Assembly: GCA_965262115.1 (NCBI GenBank)
Contig: OZ253496.1
Span: 960,001 to 1,024,000 of the forward strand
Direction: 5' to 3'
Source of the DNA: Nitrospinales bacterium
Lineage (GTDB): Bacteria; Nitrospinota; Nitrospinia; Nitrospinales; VA-1
DNA length: 64,000 bases
Shown piece after piece: positions 1 through 9,633 of this stretch (positions are counted from its first letter, which is position 1; the number at the start of each line of letters is the position of its first letter). The notes under the pieces are model-generated. The model saw only the letters and a program-made list of their open reading frames with translations, did not search any database and had not been told where the DNA came from. A program made the position numbers and the translations under genes.

Positions 1-824
1 CTCACTACAGACTTCGGCCTTGATGATCCTTTTGTCGGCATCATGAAAGGAGTCATTCTTAATATTGTGCCAGATGCCCAGATCGTTGACATCACCCACA
101 ATATCGAACCACAAAATATCACCTAGGCCGCATTGATCCTCAACGCTACCTATCCTTGGTTTCCCAGAAAAACTATTCATTGGTGGTGGTTGATCCCGGT
201 GTCGGGGGTGGAGAAAAAAGCACCGGCAAAGCTCCCTCAAAAAATGCAGGAGGCCCTGGCCCGGTAATCCGAAGGGCCATGGTAGTGCAGTCCAAATTCC
301 AGACCTTTGTCGGACCCGACAACGGGGTGCTTACCCCTGCCCTCCACAGCGATAGCCGGGTTTACGAGATCACCAATAAAAAATATTTTCTTAAAAACGT
401 CTCCAACACCTTTCACGGGCGCGATGTATTCGCTCCCTGCGCAGGGTGGATTGCCATCGGCGTTCAACATTCCAAAATGGGGCCGAGGGTGTTGAAACCT
501 GTCCGCCAGGGCTTTTCCCAGCCCCAGTTGAAAGGAGCAACCTTGCACGGGGAAATCATTCATATCGACCACTTCGGCAACCTCACCACTAATATTTCTG
601 CAGAATTAATCCACGAAACCTTTATTTCTTCAGATACAATAAAGGTGCCGATTGGAAAGCATCGAATCAATGGACTGGTAAGCGGTTATTACCAGATGAA
701 ATCCGGTCAGCCCGGAGCCGTCATCAATAGCTGGAACCATCTGGAAATTTTCTACCGTGAAGACAGCGCCAAAAAAAAACTGAAAGCCAGGATCGGACAA
801 TCCGTGACCCTGAAAGCCAACTAG
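1..824 (+). pseudogene. SAM hydroxide adenosyltransferase / SAM-dependent halogenase family (DUF62), 5'-truncated by window edge, disrupted
   Basis: Frame 1 reads [50 protein letters not shown] with in-frame TAG at 124-126. The match continues in frame 3 (VVVDPGVG, GPDNG, STFHGRDVFAP-like, IDHFGN) after a frameshift at ~180. Confidence 0.8.
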
Positions 825-886
825 ACCATCTATGAATGGACTATTAAAGAAGAGTCCGTCCACCCCCATTTAGCCGGTTATTAATC

Positions 887-1345
887 GTGAGTGACATCAA
901 AATTGTCTGCCAGAATAAAAAGGCGCGGCACGAATATTCCATCGAAGACACTATGGAGGCCGGACTGGTGCTGAAAGGTACGGAAGTCAAATCCTTGAGA
1001 AATGGAAAAGCCAACCTGGTCGACAGCTACGCCACCATTGATGGCGAGGAAGCATGGCTCAACCATTTCCATATTGATGCCTACACCCCGGCCACGCAGT
1101 TCAACCATCACCCCATGCGAAAGCGCAAACTGCTTTTACATAAAAAAGAAATCAGTAAACTCATCGGGAAAACTCAGGAAAAGGGCTGCACTCTGATTCC
1201 CTTAAAAGTTTATTTCAAGAACGGGGTTGCAAAAGTCGATCTCGGCATTGCCAAAGCGAAAAAACTCTACGACAAACGCGCTGCACTTAAGAAACGCGAG
1301 TCTGAGCGCGAAATCGACCGAGCTATGAAATCCAGAAACCGCTGA
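887..1345 (+). CDS. smpB: SsrA-binding protein SmpB
   Basis: NKKARHEY, EAGLVLKGTEVKSLR, RKRKLLLHKKEI, KKLYDKR motifs. Confidence 0.98.
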   Translation: MSDIKIVCQNKKARHEYSIEDTMEAGLVLKGTEVKSLRNGKANLVDSYATIDGEEAWLNHFHIDAYTPATQFNHHPMRKRKLLLHKKEISKLIGKTQEKGCTLIPLKVYFKNGVAKVDLGIAKAKKLYDKRAALKKRESEREIDRAMKSRNR

Positions 1346-1411
1346 CCCGATAAAAGAAATTGGATAACAGCGCTTATTTGTTTTATCCTGCTTGCCCTAT
1401 TAAATAAAAAG

Positions 1412-2419
1412 GTGTACGGAATGGAACTGGACAAGGTGATCGGGAAAATACTGGAGGGTTATCAACCGGCATGCGTGATCATGACGGCGAATGAGTTAAA
1501 ACTGTTCGACCAGCTCAAACAACCGACAGCAGCAGCACAAGTCGCAAAGACCTTGAATCTGGACCCGGAAGCCACCGAACGCCTGCTCAACGCCCTCACT
1601 TCGCTGGAAATTGTTACCAAGGAAAACCAGACCTATCACCTGCCAGAAGCCGCTCACGAATATCTCATAACAGGCGGGAGCCATTCTCTTCAGCAGTGGA
1701 TTCAGCTCTCGGCCGACCTTTATCCGGTTTGGGGCCAGCTCTCCTCTTTTATAAAATCCGGTATTCTTATTAAAAGTATCATGGAGATGCTAGGCGGTGA
1801 TCCGCATAAAATGAGGGCGTTTACCGATGCCATGCACGACAAGGCTCTCAAAGCCACCTGGCTGATCGCCCGCGAAATTCCTGTTGGGGACGCAAAAACC
1901 CTGCTGGATGTCGGCGGAGGACCAGGAACCTATTCGCTGGAATGGTGCAAACTGCACAACCATCTTAAAGCCACTGTTTTCGATATTGCACCGGTTCTGG
2001 AAGTCACAAAAACTTATATCGAATCCTATGAATTGCAGGGTCGGGTTGATGCCAAACCGGGTGATTTCCATAAAGATGATTTGGGAGACAGTCAATACGA
2101 TCTGGTGCTCATGGCTAATATCCTGCACATGTACGACGCTGATATGAGTCGAGCCCTGGTCACCAAAGCCGTGAAAGCCGTGAAACCGGGTGGCCGCATT
2201 ATCATCCACGGTTTCTGCACCAATGAAAACCAGACCGGCCCTTTGGGTGACACGCTGTTCAGCCTCAATATTGGCATGCTGACCGAAGGTGGACGGGCAC
2301 ACCCTGTTCAGGAAAAAATCGACTGGCTTAAGGGAACTGGAGTTTCCGATATTCGCCATTTCCGTATCGATGCCATCCCCACCGGAGTCGTAACCGCCAC
2401 TAGGCGTGGAGCCAACTAG
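1412..2419 (+). CDS. SAM-dependent O-methyltransferase with N-terminal dimerisation domain (Methyltransf_2/CrtF-like)
   Basis: wHTH-like N-terminus (ERLLNALTSL), LLDVGGGPG, GDFH, ANILH, PGGRIII; C-terminal TRRGAN* comes from a repeat. Confidence 0.88.
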   Translation: MYGMELDKVIGKILEGYQPACVIMTANELKLFDQLKQPTAAAQVAKTLNLDPEATERLLNALTSLEIVTKENQTYHLPEAAHEYLITGGSHSLQQWIQLSADLYPVWGQLSSFIKSGILIKSIMEMLGGDPHKMRAFTDAMHDKALKATWLIAREIPVGDAKTLLDVGGGPGTYSLEWCKLHNHLKATVFDIAPVLEVTKTYIESYELQGRVDAKPGDFHKDDLGDSQYDLVLMANILHMYDADMSRALVTKAVKAVKPGGRIIIHGFCTNENQTGPLGDTLFSLNIGMLTEGGRAHPVQEKIDWLKGTGVSDIRHFRIDAIPTGVVTATRRGAN

Positions 2420-2560
2420 CAATAGCATTTACTGCAATCAAACCGTGTTGGCGGCTTAACAAGCTCTTGCTATACGCATGGGAGAAGCAGACTTTTTCTC
2501 AGACCGAGACAACCCTTGCCAGCCGATAAAACTCTTGCTAGTTGGCCCCACGCCTAGTGG
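2397..2560. repeat. Inverted dyad of modular intergenic repeat (29-bp inverted ends)
   Basis: CCACTAGGCGTGGAGCCAACTAGCAATAG at 2397-2425 vs reverse complement of 2532-2560, CCACTAGGCGTGGGGCCAACTAGCAAGAG (27/29). Confidence 0.92.
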
Positions 2561-3452
2561 GGCAGTAGACGACTAGCACCACTCCGGTGACGGCGACCAC
2601 ACCGCCGAAATATCCCAGTGACCCGACCGGGTCGGCTTGCAGTCCGGCAAAACCGATGTCGGGAAGAATCTTCATACCCCAAAGGGTTATCAATGGATTT
2701 AAGGAAATGATGACGCTGATCAGGGCCAGGGGAATATATTTCACAGCTTCGGCGAGAGTGCCATAAGCGAGCAGCGTGTTGAACCCGCAAAAGATCAGCG
2801 ACAACCAAGCCGTGAGTCCTGCCCGGGTAAAGTCGGCCCACTCAACGCCACCTATCAACGTAAATGTGGCCACGGCGTAAACGAGCAGGTTTAAAGACTG
2901 GGCTCCATATTGCCGACTGAGGAATTTTTGTGAGACCATATATCCCACCCACACCAGACCAGCAAGAACAATTAAAAAGTCCGCGTAGTAATAAGCTCCC
3001 GGATCCTGAATTAGGCTTTGTTGGTCATGAAAAAACAGGAACAAGCCGCTTGCCGCAATCACCATTCCCAGAACCTGCCTTAAAGCCAGACGTTCATGAA
3101 AAACAAAAACTCCAGCCAACACCAGAAACACCGAAGCGGTCTGTATCAGAACCGCCATATTGGAGGGTCCGCTCAAGTCCACCCCCAAGGTCACCCAATA
3201 ATAATTTGCTGCAAGACAGGCCCCTCCCAGAATTCCCATCCACGGGGGTTTGCGAAGGATGTTCAGAGGTTGATGCGCTTTCAATTGCAGGATGACGGTC
3301 AGGATCAAAAATGCAAACAGGAAGCGGAACCAGGAAATCGTTCCGGCATGAAAACCCTGCAGGGCGATTTTCAAAAAAATGGGTAATACACCCCAAAGCA
3401 GTGCGGTGGCAAGGGACAACAAAATGCCACGAAAGTAATGGACAAGAGCCAC
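2538..3452 (-). CDS. DMT/EamA family transporter
   Basis: About 10 hydrophobic segments, two EamA-like halves (TALLWG, F.HERL, LNPL); ends TRRGAN* inside the repeat. Confidence 0.9.
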   Translation of the reverse strand: MALVHYFRGILLSLATALLWGVLPIFLKIALQGFHAGTISWFRFLFAFLILTVILQLKAHQPLNILRKPPWMGILGGACLAANYYWVTLGVDLSGPSNMAVLIQTASVFLVLAGVFVFHERLALRQVLGMVIAASGLFLFFHDQQSLIQDPGAYYYADFLIVLAGLVWVGYMVSQKFLSRQYGAQSLNLLVYAVATFTLIGGVEWADFTRAGLTAWLSLIFCGFNTLLAYGTLAEAVKYIPLALISVIISLNPLITLWGMKILPDIGFAGLQADPVGSLGYFGGVVAVTGVVLVVYCPTRRGAN

Positions 3453-3504
3453 TAAGCACCCCTTGACAGAGGAGTCAGATAGCCGTGATATTCTTCCTTA
3501 GCCT

Positions 3505-3600
3505 CCGTGCCCCAAATGGGTAAATGGCGGGTTAGGCCGAGATAGATCGTTGCTCGCCGCACCAGGCTATTGCTCATTATACCCCTTCGGAGCATGAAAT
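3505..3600. repeat. Modular repeat: core on minus strand between two inverted TGCCCC-nnn-GGGGTA type hairpins
   Basis: Minus strand reads TTTCATGCTCCGAAGGGGTATAATGA-GCAATAGCCTGGTGCGGCGAGCAACGATCTATCTCGGCCTAA; closely matches 22594-22628. Confidence 0.75.
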
Positions 3601-3630
3601 TTGCGGAGGGAGAATATCACAGCCTCACGC

Positions 3631-4254
3631 TTAGTGAAGGTTGGAAAAGTTTTTCAGCATGGTGAGTCCCAGGCGCTGGCTTTTTTCGGGATGAAACTGG
3701 AACGCATGGATATTTTCGTGATGGATTCCTGAGGCAAAATCGGTTCCATAACAGGTGGTGGTGGCAATGATCGCCGGGTCCTGCGGCACAATATAATAAG
3801 AATGCACAAAATAAAAGTAGGACTCATCGGCCACCGAGTCAAACAACGGGTTGCCCGGAACCACTCGCACCGTATTCCAGCCCATATGGGGGATTTTTAT
3901 CGGCTCACCAGAGTCGGACTTTGCATCTTTGAATCCCACCACTTTTCCGGGAAGGATACCCAGTCCATCTACATGACCGAATTCTTCAGCCTGATTAAAC
4001 AGAAGCTGCAGCCCAAGACAGATCCCCAGAAAGGGTTTACCGCTTTTGGCAGACTGGTGCACGGTGTCAATAAGATCCAGCTTCTCCAGATTCGCCATAC
4101 ACTCCTTGAAAGCCCCGACACCGGGAAGCACCACAGATTTTGCTGAAAGAATTTTCTTGGAGTCACTGGTAACAATCGCCTCGGCACCCACCGCTTCAAA
4201 ACCTTTTTGCACGGAACGGAGATTGCCCATTCCGTAGTCAATGATAGCGATCAA
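3631..4254 (-). CDS. hisH: Imidazole glycerol phosphate synthase glutaminase subunit
   Basis: IIDYGMGNLRSV, LPGVGAF, GICLGLQLL, PHMGWN, YFVHSY, QFHPEKS. Confidence 0.98.
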   Translation of the reverse strand: MIAIIDYGMGNLRSVQKGFEAVGAEAIVTSDSKKILSAKSVVLPGVGAFKECMANLEKLDLIDTVHQSAKSGKPFLGICLGLQLLFNQAEEFGHVDGLGILPGKVVGFKDAKSDSGEPIKIPHMGWNTVRVVPGNPLFDSVADESYFYFVHSYYIVPQDPAIIATTTCYGTDFASGIHHENIHAFQFHPEKSQRLGLTMLKNFSNLH

Positions 4255-4842
4255 CTACAGGGTCCCTTTGGTTGAAGGAATGGTTCCTGAGCGGGAATCC
4301 AGCGTGCAGGCAGAGTCTAAAGCGCGGGCAAAAGATTTGAACAACGCTTCGGTTATGTGGTGAAGATTATTCCAGTAAGGAGAATTGAAATGCAGGGTCA
4401 GGCCGCTGTTAGCGGCAAAAGCCTGAAAAAACTCCGGCACAAGCTCGACATCAAACTCGCCAAGTTTGGCCTTGGGAAGTTCCAGATTGAATACAAAGAA
4501 AGCCCGACCGCTGATATCAATAATACATTGGGCCAAAGCCTCATTAAGAGGTACGCTGGCTTCCGCGAACCGGCGAATGCCCTTTTTATCCCCTAATGCC
4601 TCCTTGAAAGACTGCCCAACAGCTATGCCAACATCTTCCACCGTGTGGTGAAAGTCTATATGGGTGTCACCCTGGGCTTTAACCGTGAGGTCGAAATAAC
4701 CATGCTTCGACAATTGTGACAGCATATGATCCAAAAATGGGACAGGAGTCTTTATATCCTGGACCCCGGTTCCATCCAGATTCAAGCTGATCTCAATTTG
4801 TGTCTCGCTGGTGGAGCGCTTTACGTGGGAAGTTCTAGCCAT
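4255..4842 (-). CDS. hisB: Imidazoleglycerol-phosphate dehydratase
   Basis: FLDHML, HHTVEDVGI, NLHHITEALFK, PSTKGTL. Confidence 0.98.
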   Translation of the reverse strand: MARTSHVKRSTSETQIEISLNLDGTGVQDIKTPVPFLDHMLSQLSKHGYFDLTVKAQGDTHIDFHHTVEDVGIAVGQSFKEALGDKKGIRRFAEASVPLNEALAQCIIDISGRAFFVFNLELPKAKLGEFDVELVPEFFQAFAANSGLTLHFNSPYWNNLHHITEALFKSFARALDSACTLDSRSGTIPSTKGTL

Positions 4843-6862
4843 TCAGAGGTTGTTTAACCTTGGTCTCTTCTTTTTTGCCATTCTTGCCATTACTGGAATA
4901 GGCGGCTTTTTTTCCATTGGCAGAGTGAGGATTTTTGCCGTTACCGGCCACCCATTCTTTGCCGTTGCCGTAGGCCGCCATTTCGGCAACCGTCGCATAA
5001 AAAGTCATGATGGTTTCAAACATGCCATCCGGGTCCAGCTTAAGAATTTTACGCTGTATCGTGGGCGAACCGTGCTCCAGAACAATGTCGCCGAGCCCGA
5101 TACATTTAACCGGAATATGCACTATCTGCTCTTCCTGCAAGGCTTCCAGAACAGCAGATCCAAAACCACCTTTGAGAGAATGTTCTTCCGTGGTGACCAG
5201 ACACCGTGCTTGATGGGCGTATTTGGCAATCAATTCCTTATCCACCGGTTTGGCAAACCGAGCATTGATAACAGCAACGCTCACGCCTTCTTCCTCAAAC
5301 TTGTCAGCAACCTGTTTCGCCGATTCCACCGTATGCCCATAGGCAAATATGGCGATATCCGTTCCATCCCGAATCACTTCTCCCTTGCCTATCTCAAGTT
5401 GTTTCATCTCGGGGTCCAAGGGTACACCCAAACCGGCGCCTCTGGGATAGCGGAGAGCCGCCGGGCCAGGATGGTAAACCGCCGTTTTCAACATATGCCG
5501 CAATTCATTTTCATCTTTCGGAGCCATGACCACCATGTTCGGCAAGGTGCGAAGAAACGCAATATCATACAAGCCCTGATGCGTCGCGCCATCTTCCCCG
5601 ACTATTCCCGCCCGATCCATGGCAAACGTCACCGACAAGTTCATCAAACAGATGTCATGAACAACCTGATCATACGCCCTTTGCAGAAAGGTGGAATAAA
5701 TGGCAGCAACCGGACGAAAACCTTCTATCGATAGCGCCCCGGCGAATGCAACTCCGTGTTGTTCCGCCATGCCCACATCAAAGGTCCGGTCAGGAAACTC
5801 CTTACCAAACTTACTGATTCCCGTCCCATCCGGCATCGCCGCGGTAATGCCAATAACTTTTTCATCCTCTCTAGCCAACTGAATCAGGGCATCCGCAAAC
5901 ACAGCGGTATAAGCCGGGTTGGCTTTCTTCTTATGAAATTCGCCAGTAGAAATATTGAAAGGCTTGGCACCATGCCAGACATCGGCTTTCTCTTCTGCCT
6001 GTTCGTAACCTTTTCCCTTGCGGGTGATGACATGCATCAAGGTCGGACCTTCAAGATCTTTCACGCTGTTAAACGAATCGATCAACTCCTGGACATTATG
6101 GCCATCTATCGGCCCCACATAACGAAACCCCAGGTCTTCGAATAAACGTCCGGGAATAAACACTCCCTTTATAGCCTCGTCTATCTTATGTGCATATCGG
6201 GTGATTTCCTTACCGATACCGGGAACAGACAACAAAAGCTGACCGATTTCCTGTTTGATTTTCAACATCACTTGCCCGGTCATGATCTTACTGAGATGTG
6301 CAGACATGCCGCCTACATTGGCAGAGATAGACCATTCATTATCGTTGAGCACAACAATCATGTCATTCTGAATATGTCCGGTATGGTTGAGCCCTTCAAA
6401 AGCCATTCCCGCAGTCAGTGAGCCATCCCCAATGATCGCAATGACATCATTGTCTGCTTTTTTCAGATCCCGCGCTTTGGCAAAAGCCAGTGCAGCGGAA
6501 ATGGAAGTACCGCCGTGCCCACAGTTCCAATGATCGTGTTCGCTCTCTTCGCGCTTGGTGAAACCGCATAACCCTTCATGCTGGCGAAGAGTACCGAACC
6601 GGTCTTTCCTTCCTGTCAGCAATTTATGGACGTAAGACTGATGGCCCACATCCCAGACAAACTTATCCTTCGGGCTATCGAAGACATAATGCATCGCCAG
6701 GGTCAATTCCACGACACCCAGGTTGGAGGACAGATGCCCACCGGTTTCGGAAATGGTTTCCAGAAGCATGTCGCGAATTTCCCGGGCGAGAAGCGGTAAC
6801 TCTTCGACTGAAAGTTTTTTTAAATCCGTGGGACTATCGATTCCACTTAAGAACTTACTCAT
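4835..6862 (-). CDS. dxs: 1-deoxy-D-xylulose-5-phosphate synthase
   Basis: GGHLSSNLGVVELT, WDVGHQSYVHK, GDGSLTAGMAFEGLN, DRAGIVGEDGATH, LRYPRG. Confidence 0.98.
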   Translation of the reverse strand: MSKFLSGIDSPTDLKKLSVEELPLLAREIRDMLLETISETGGHLSSNLGVVELTLAMHYVFDSPKDKFVWDVGHQSYVHKLLTGRKDRFGTLRQHEGLCGFTKREESEHDHWNCGHGGTSISAALAFAKARDLKKADNDVIAIIGDGSLTAGMAFEGLNHTGHIQNDMIVVLNDNEWSISANVGGMSAHLSKIMTGQVMLKIKQEIGQLLLSVPGIGKEITRYAHKIDEAIKGVFIPGRLFEDLGFRYVGPIDGHNVQELIDSFNSVKDLEGPTLMHVITRKGKGYEQAEEKADVWHGAKPFNISTGEFHKKKANPAYTAVFADALIQLAREDEKVIGITAAMPDGTGISKFGKEFPDRTFDVGMAEQHGVAFAGALSIEGFRPVAAIYSTFLQRAYDQVVHDICLMNLSVTFAMDRAGIVGEDGATHQGLYDIAFLRTLPNMVVMAPKDENELRHMLKTAVYHPGPAALRYPRGAGLGVPLDPEMKQLEIGKGEVIRDGTDIAIFAYGHTVESAKQVADKFEEEGVSVAVINARFAKPVDKELIAKYAHQARCLVTTEEHSLKGGFGSAVLEALQEEQIVHIPVKCIGLGDIVLEHGSPTIQRKILKLDPDGMFETIMTFYATVAEMAAYGNGKEWVAGNGKNPHSANGKKAAYSSNGKNGKKEETKVKQPLNG

Positions 6863-6879
6863 ACGGGGGTCCCAGCCAA

Positions 6880-7836
6880 TTAAAATGTTCGTTGCACAAA
6901 GAACCGGGCAATCTCTCGGAGAGGGTCTGCCCGATCATCAAATTCTTCAAGACAAGCTAAACTTTCTTTGACCAACTCTTCAGCTTTCCGGCGAGATTTT
7001 TCCAACCCATAAAGGGCCGGATAAGTCGCCTTATCTTTAGTCAGGTCACTGCCAATATCCTTACCCAACTGTTTTTCATCACCCGTGATATCGAGAATGT
7101 CATCGATAATCTGAAAGGCAAGTCCAATATGGGCCCCAAACCGGGACAATGAATTCAACTGACGGGGAGTGGCTTGGCTAAGTATGCCGCCACACCGAAT
7201 ACAAGCTCGAATCAGAAACCCTGTTTTGTAAATGTGAATATATTCCAGAGTTTCCGCGTCAATCGGTTTACCCTCTGACTCGAGGTCAACCACTTGACCG
7301 CCAATCATACCTGTAGACCCCAGTGCCGTTGCCATCTCATGAGTGGCATTGAGAATGCACTCAGGTGGAATAGTTTCCATTCCTGCTGACCGGGTCATCA
7401 GGATAAACGCCTGAGTCAGCAGAGCGTCGCCCACTAAAATAGCGACGGCTTCTCCAAAAACTTTATGGTTTGCAGGTTTTCCCCGTCGCAGGTCATCGTT
7501 ATCCAAAGCAGGGAGATCGTCGTGAACCAGGGTATACGTATGTATCAACTCGGCGGCCACCGCAAATGGCAGAACCGCTTTCCGGTCTCCCCCTACCGCT
7601 TCCGTGGCGGCAATAACCAAAACGGGACGTAACCTCTTCCCTCCGGCGAGAAGACTGTAATGCATCGCTTTATGGATGATTTCAGGATAGGCCTTCTCCT
7701 CCGGCAAAAGATTCAGTACCCCTTCATCAATTAGCTTTTTACCTTCAGAAAGGTACTGAGATGCAGACAAACCGTTCAATAAATCAATCAATTGATAATT
7801 ATTATCGAGGGTAATACTTAACCACCTATCGCCCAA
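6880..7836 (-). CDS. ispA: Polyprenyl (farnesyl/geranylgeranyl) diphosphate synthase; start uncertain
   Basis: GGKRLRP, HDDLPALDNDDLRRG, FQIIDDILD; adjacent to dxs. Confidence 0.95.
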   Translation of the reverse strand: MGDRWLSITLDNNYQLIDLLNGLSASQYLSEGKKLIDEGVLNLLPEEKAYPEIIHKAMHYSLLAGGKRLRPVLVIAATEAVGGDRKAVLPFAVAAELIHTYTLVHDDLPALDNDDLRRGKPANHKVFGEAVAILVGDALLTQAFILMTRSAGMETIPPECILNATHEMATALGSTGMIGGQVVDLESEGKPIDAETLEYIHIYKTGFLIRACIRCGGILSQATPRQLNSLSRFGAHIGLAFQIIDDILDITGDEKQLGKDIGSDLTKDKATYPALYGLEKSRRKAEELVKESLACLEEFDDRADPLREIARFFVQRTF

Positions 7837-8188
7837 AATATTAACACATAATCCCGCACAGTCAACTTTATTGTTGGGCTTCCGACCCTTTGTAAATCCT
7901 TAATTTATAAGTTGTTGGCGCTAAAATCCTGGACTGGTAACCCGGCGGAGAAAAGGTTATCGGGACAACCCAATTTTATTCCAACACACCGGCGCCGATC
8001 TGGCAAACCGAGTCCATTTTTCACTTATGTGTCAAAGTTGACAAACGCTTGTTTTTCTCAGAATGCTGATTTATCATGACAAATTAGTATCTTTAAATAA
8101 ATCGGGTTGTTGAGTTCGTCTTGAGGCCAAAGCGATTCCAACTATCCCGCTCCGGCCAGCTTTTCACCTTTCTCAATAGGAACGAAGA

Positions 8189-9514
8189 ATGCATAGTCTC
8201 ACTGATACCTGGGTCGGTTATGCCTCTATCATCTGTTTTTGTATGGCCTATTCCCTGGTCATATTCGAAGAACAGATCCATATGCGGAAATCCAAACCGG
8301 TCATTTTGATCGGTTGTTTTATGTGGGCTCTCATTGGCCTCTACGAAGCCATGCAGGGGGGCGATGGAAACGCGCATCACTTCGTCAAAGAGTTGATCGG
8401 CGAAATCGGTGAGCTATTTTTCTTTCTCCTGGTAGCAATGACCTACATCAATACCCTTGATGAAAGGAATGTCTTTAAAGCGTTAAGGTCCTGGTTGCTC
8501 AAAAAGGGCCTGGGGTTTAAAAAATTATTCTGGGCGACAGGAGGAATCACGTTCCTGCTTTCACCCATTGCGGACAACCTGACCAGCGCCCTATTGATGT
8601 CCACCGTAGCGCTAGCAGTGAGTAATGGCAATGGGCGTTTCATTGTTCCTGCATTCGTCAATATTGTGGTCGCGGCCAACGCAGGAGGAGTATGGAGTCC
8701 CTTCGGAGATATCACCACCCTGATGGTCTGGACTTCGGGAAAAGTTGCTACCATGGATTTCTCCTATCTGTTACTGCCTTCCCTCGTCAACTGGATCGTT
8801 CCTGCAAGCATCATATATTTCGCCGTTCCAGATGAGTATCCTGAAGTGGGAGAAGAGGAAGTAAAGCTCAAACCGGGAGCCAGGGTCATCATTGGACTGG
8901 GCATATTCACTGTTGCCACTGCAGTATCTTTTCATCAATTCCTCCACCTTCCCCCTTTCCTGGGAATGATGTTCGGGCTAGGCTTATTGATGGTAAAAGG
9001 ATGGTATTTAAAACGCTGGGGAGAGAAAAAATATCTTGAGACAATGGGCATTTCTGACGATCGAAGGAACCAACCCCGCCGCTTTGATATTTTCACCAAA
9101 GTGGAAGGAGTGGAGTTTGATACCCTGCTTTTCTTTTTCGGCGTTCTCACCGCCGTAGGGGCGTTGCAGTACATTGGCTATCTGGCACTGGCCAGTGAAA
9201 ACATGTATGGAACCCTAGGGCCAACAACCTCCAATATAATTATTGGTGTCCTTTCCGCTATTGTTGACAACATCCCTGTCATGTACGCGGTTCTAAAAAT
9301 GAGCCCGGAAATGGGTCTTGATCAATGGCTATTGATCACCCTGACCTGCGGGGTTGGAGGCAGTCTACTCTCCGTGGGGTCTGCAGCAGGGGTTGCAGTA
9401 ATGGGCGTTGACCGAAAATATTATACGTTCATGTCGCATTTGAAATGGGCTCCCGTCATCGCGCTGGGTTATATAGCCAGCATTGTTTGCTGGTACTTTG
9501 TAACACCGCACTAG
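8189..9514 (+). CDS. nhaD: Na+/H+ antiporter NhaD
   Basis: KSKPV, SPIADNLTSAL, AANAGGVWSPFGDITT, SAIVDNIPV, GSLLSVGSAAGV. Confidence 0.93.
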   Translation: MHSLTDTWVGYASIICFCMAYSLVIFEEQIHMRKSKPVILIGCFMWALIGLYEAMQGGDGNAHHFVKELIGEIGELFFFLLVAMTYINTLDERNVFKALRSWLLKKGLGFKKLFWATGGITFLLSPIADNLTSALLMSTVALAVSNGNGRFIVPAFVNIVVAANAGGVWSPFGDITTLMVWTSGKVATMDFSYLLLPSLVNWIVPASIIYFAVPDEYPEVGEEEVKLKPGARVIIGLGIFTVATAVSFHQFLHLPPFLGMMFGLGLLMVKGWYLKRWGEKKYLETMGISDDRRNQPRRFDIFTKVEGVEFDTLLFFFGVLTAVGALQYIGYLALASENMYGTLGPTTSNIIIGVLSAIVDNIPVMYAVLKMSPEMGLDQWLLITLTCGVGGSLLSVGSAAGVAVMGVDRKYYTFMSHLKWAPVIALGYIASIVCWYFVTPH

Positions 9515-9515
9515 C

Positions 9516-9633
9516 CCACTCGGCGCCCGGCGAGCCGCCGGAGGGAGGGGAGAACTAGCAACGACTTCATTGAACCGAGATAACCCTTTGTTAGCATGAT
9601 AAAGCTATTGCCAACTCGCCCCACGCAGAGGGG
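9516..9633. repeat. Modular repeat (core 9557-9611 on minus strand) between convergent nhaD and comF
   Basis: Minus strand: GCGTGGGGCGAGTTG-GCAATAGCTTTATCATGCTAACAAAGGGTTATCTCGGTTCAATGAAGTCGTTGCT; contains the comF stop. Confidence 0.8.

Noticed and set aside
830..1410. tmRNA (ssrA) next to smpB
   Set aside because: The intergenic gaps are far too short and no tRNA-like ends are present.
4811..5734. Long antisense ORFs (also 25835-26776, 32244-33455, 44290-45174, 63067-63957)
   Set aside because: They are shadows of well-supported genes on the opposite strand, with no motifs of their own.
7900..8185. Possible riboswitch upstream of nhaD (GGCAAACC resembles c-di-GMP-I; Na+/Li+ riboswitches precede such genes)
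   Set aside because: The rest of the c-di-GMP-I consensus is missing and I cannot fold a convincing aptamer by eye. An Infernal/Rfam scan would be needed.
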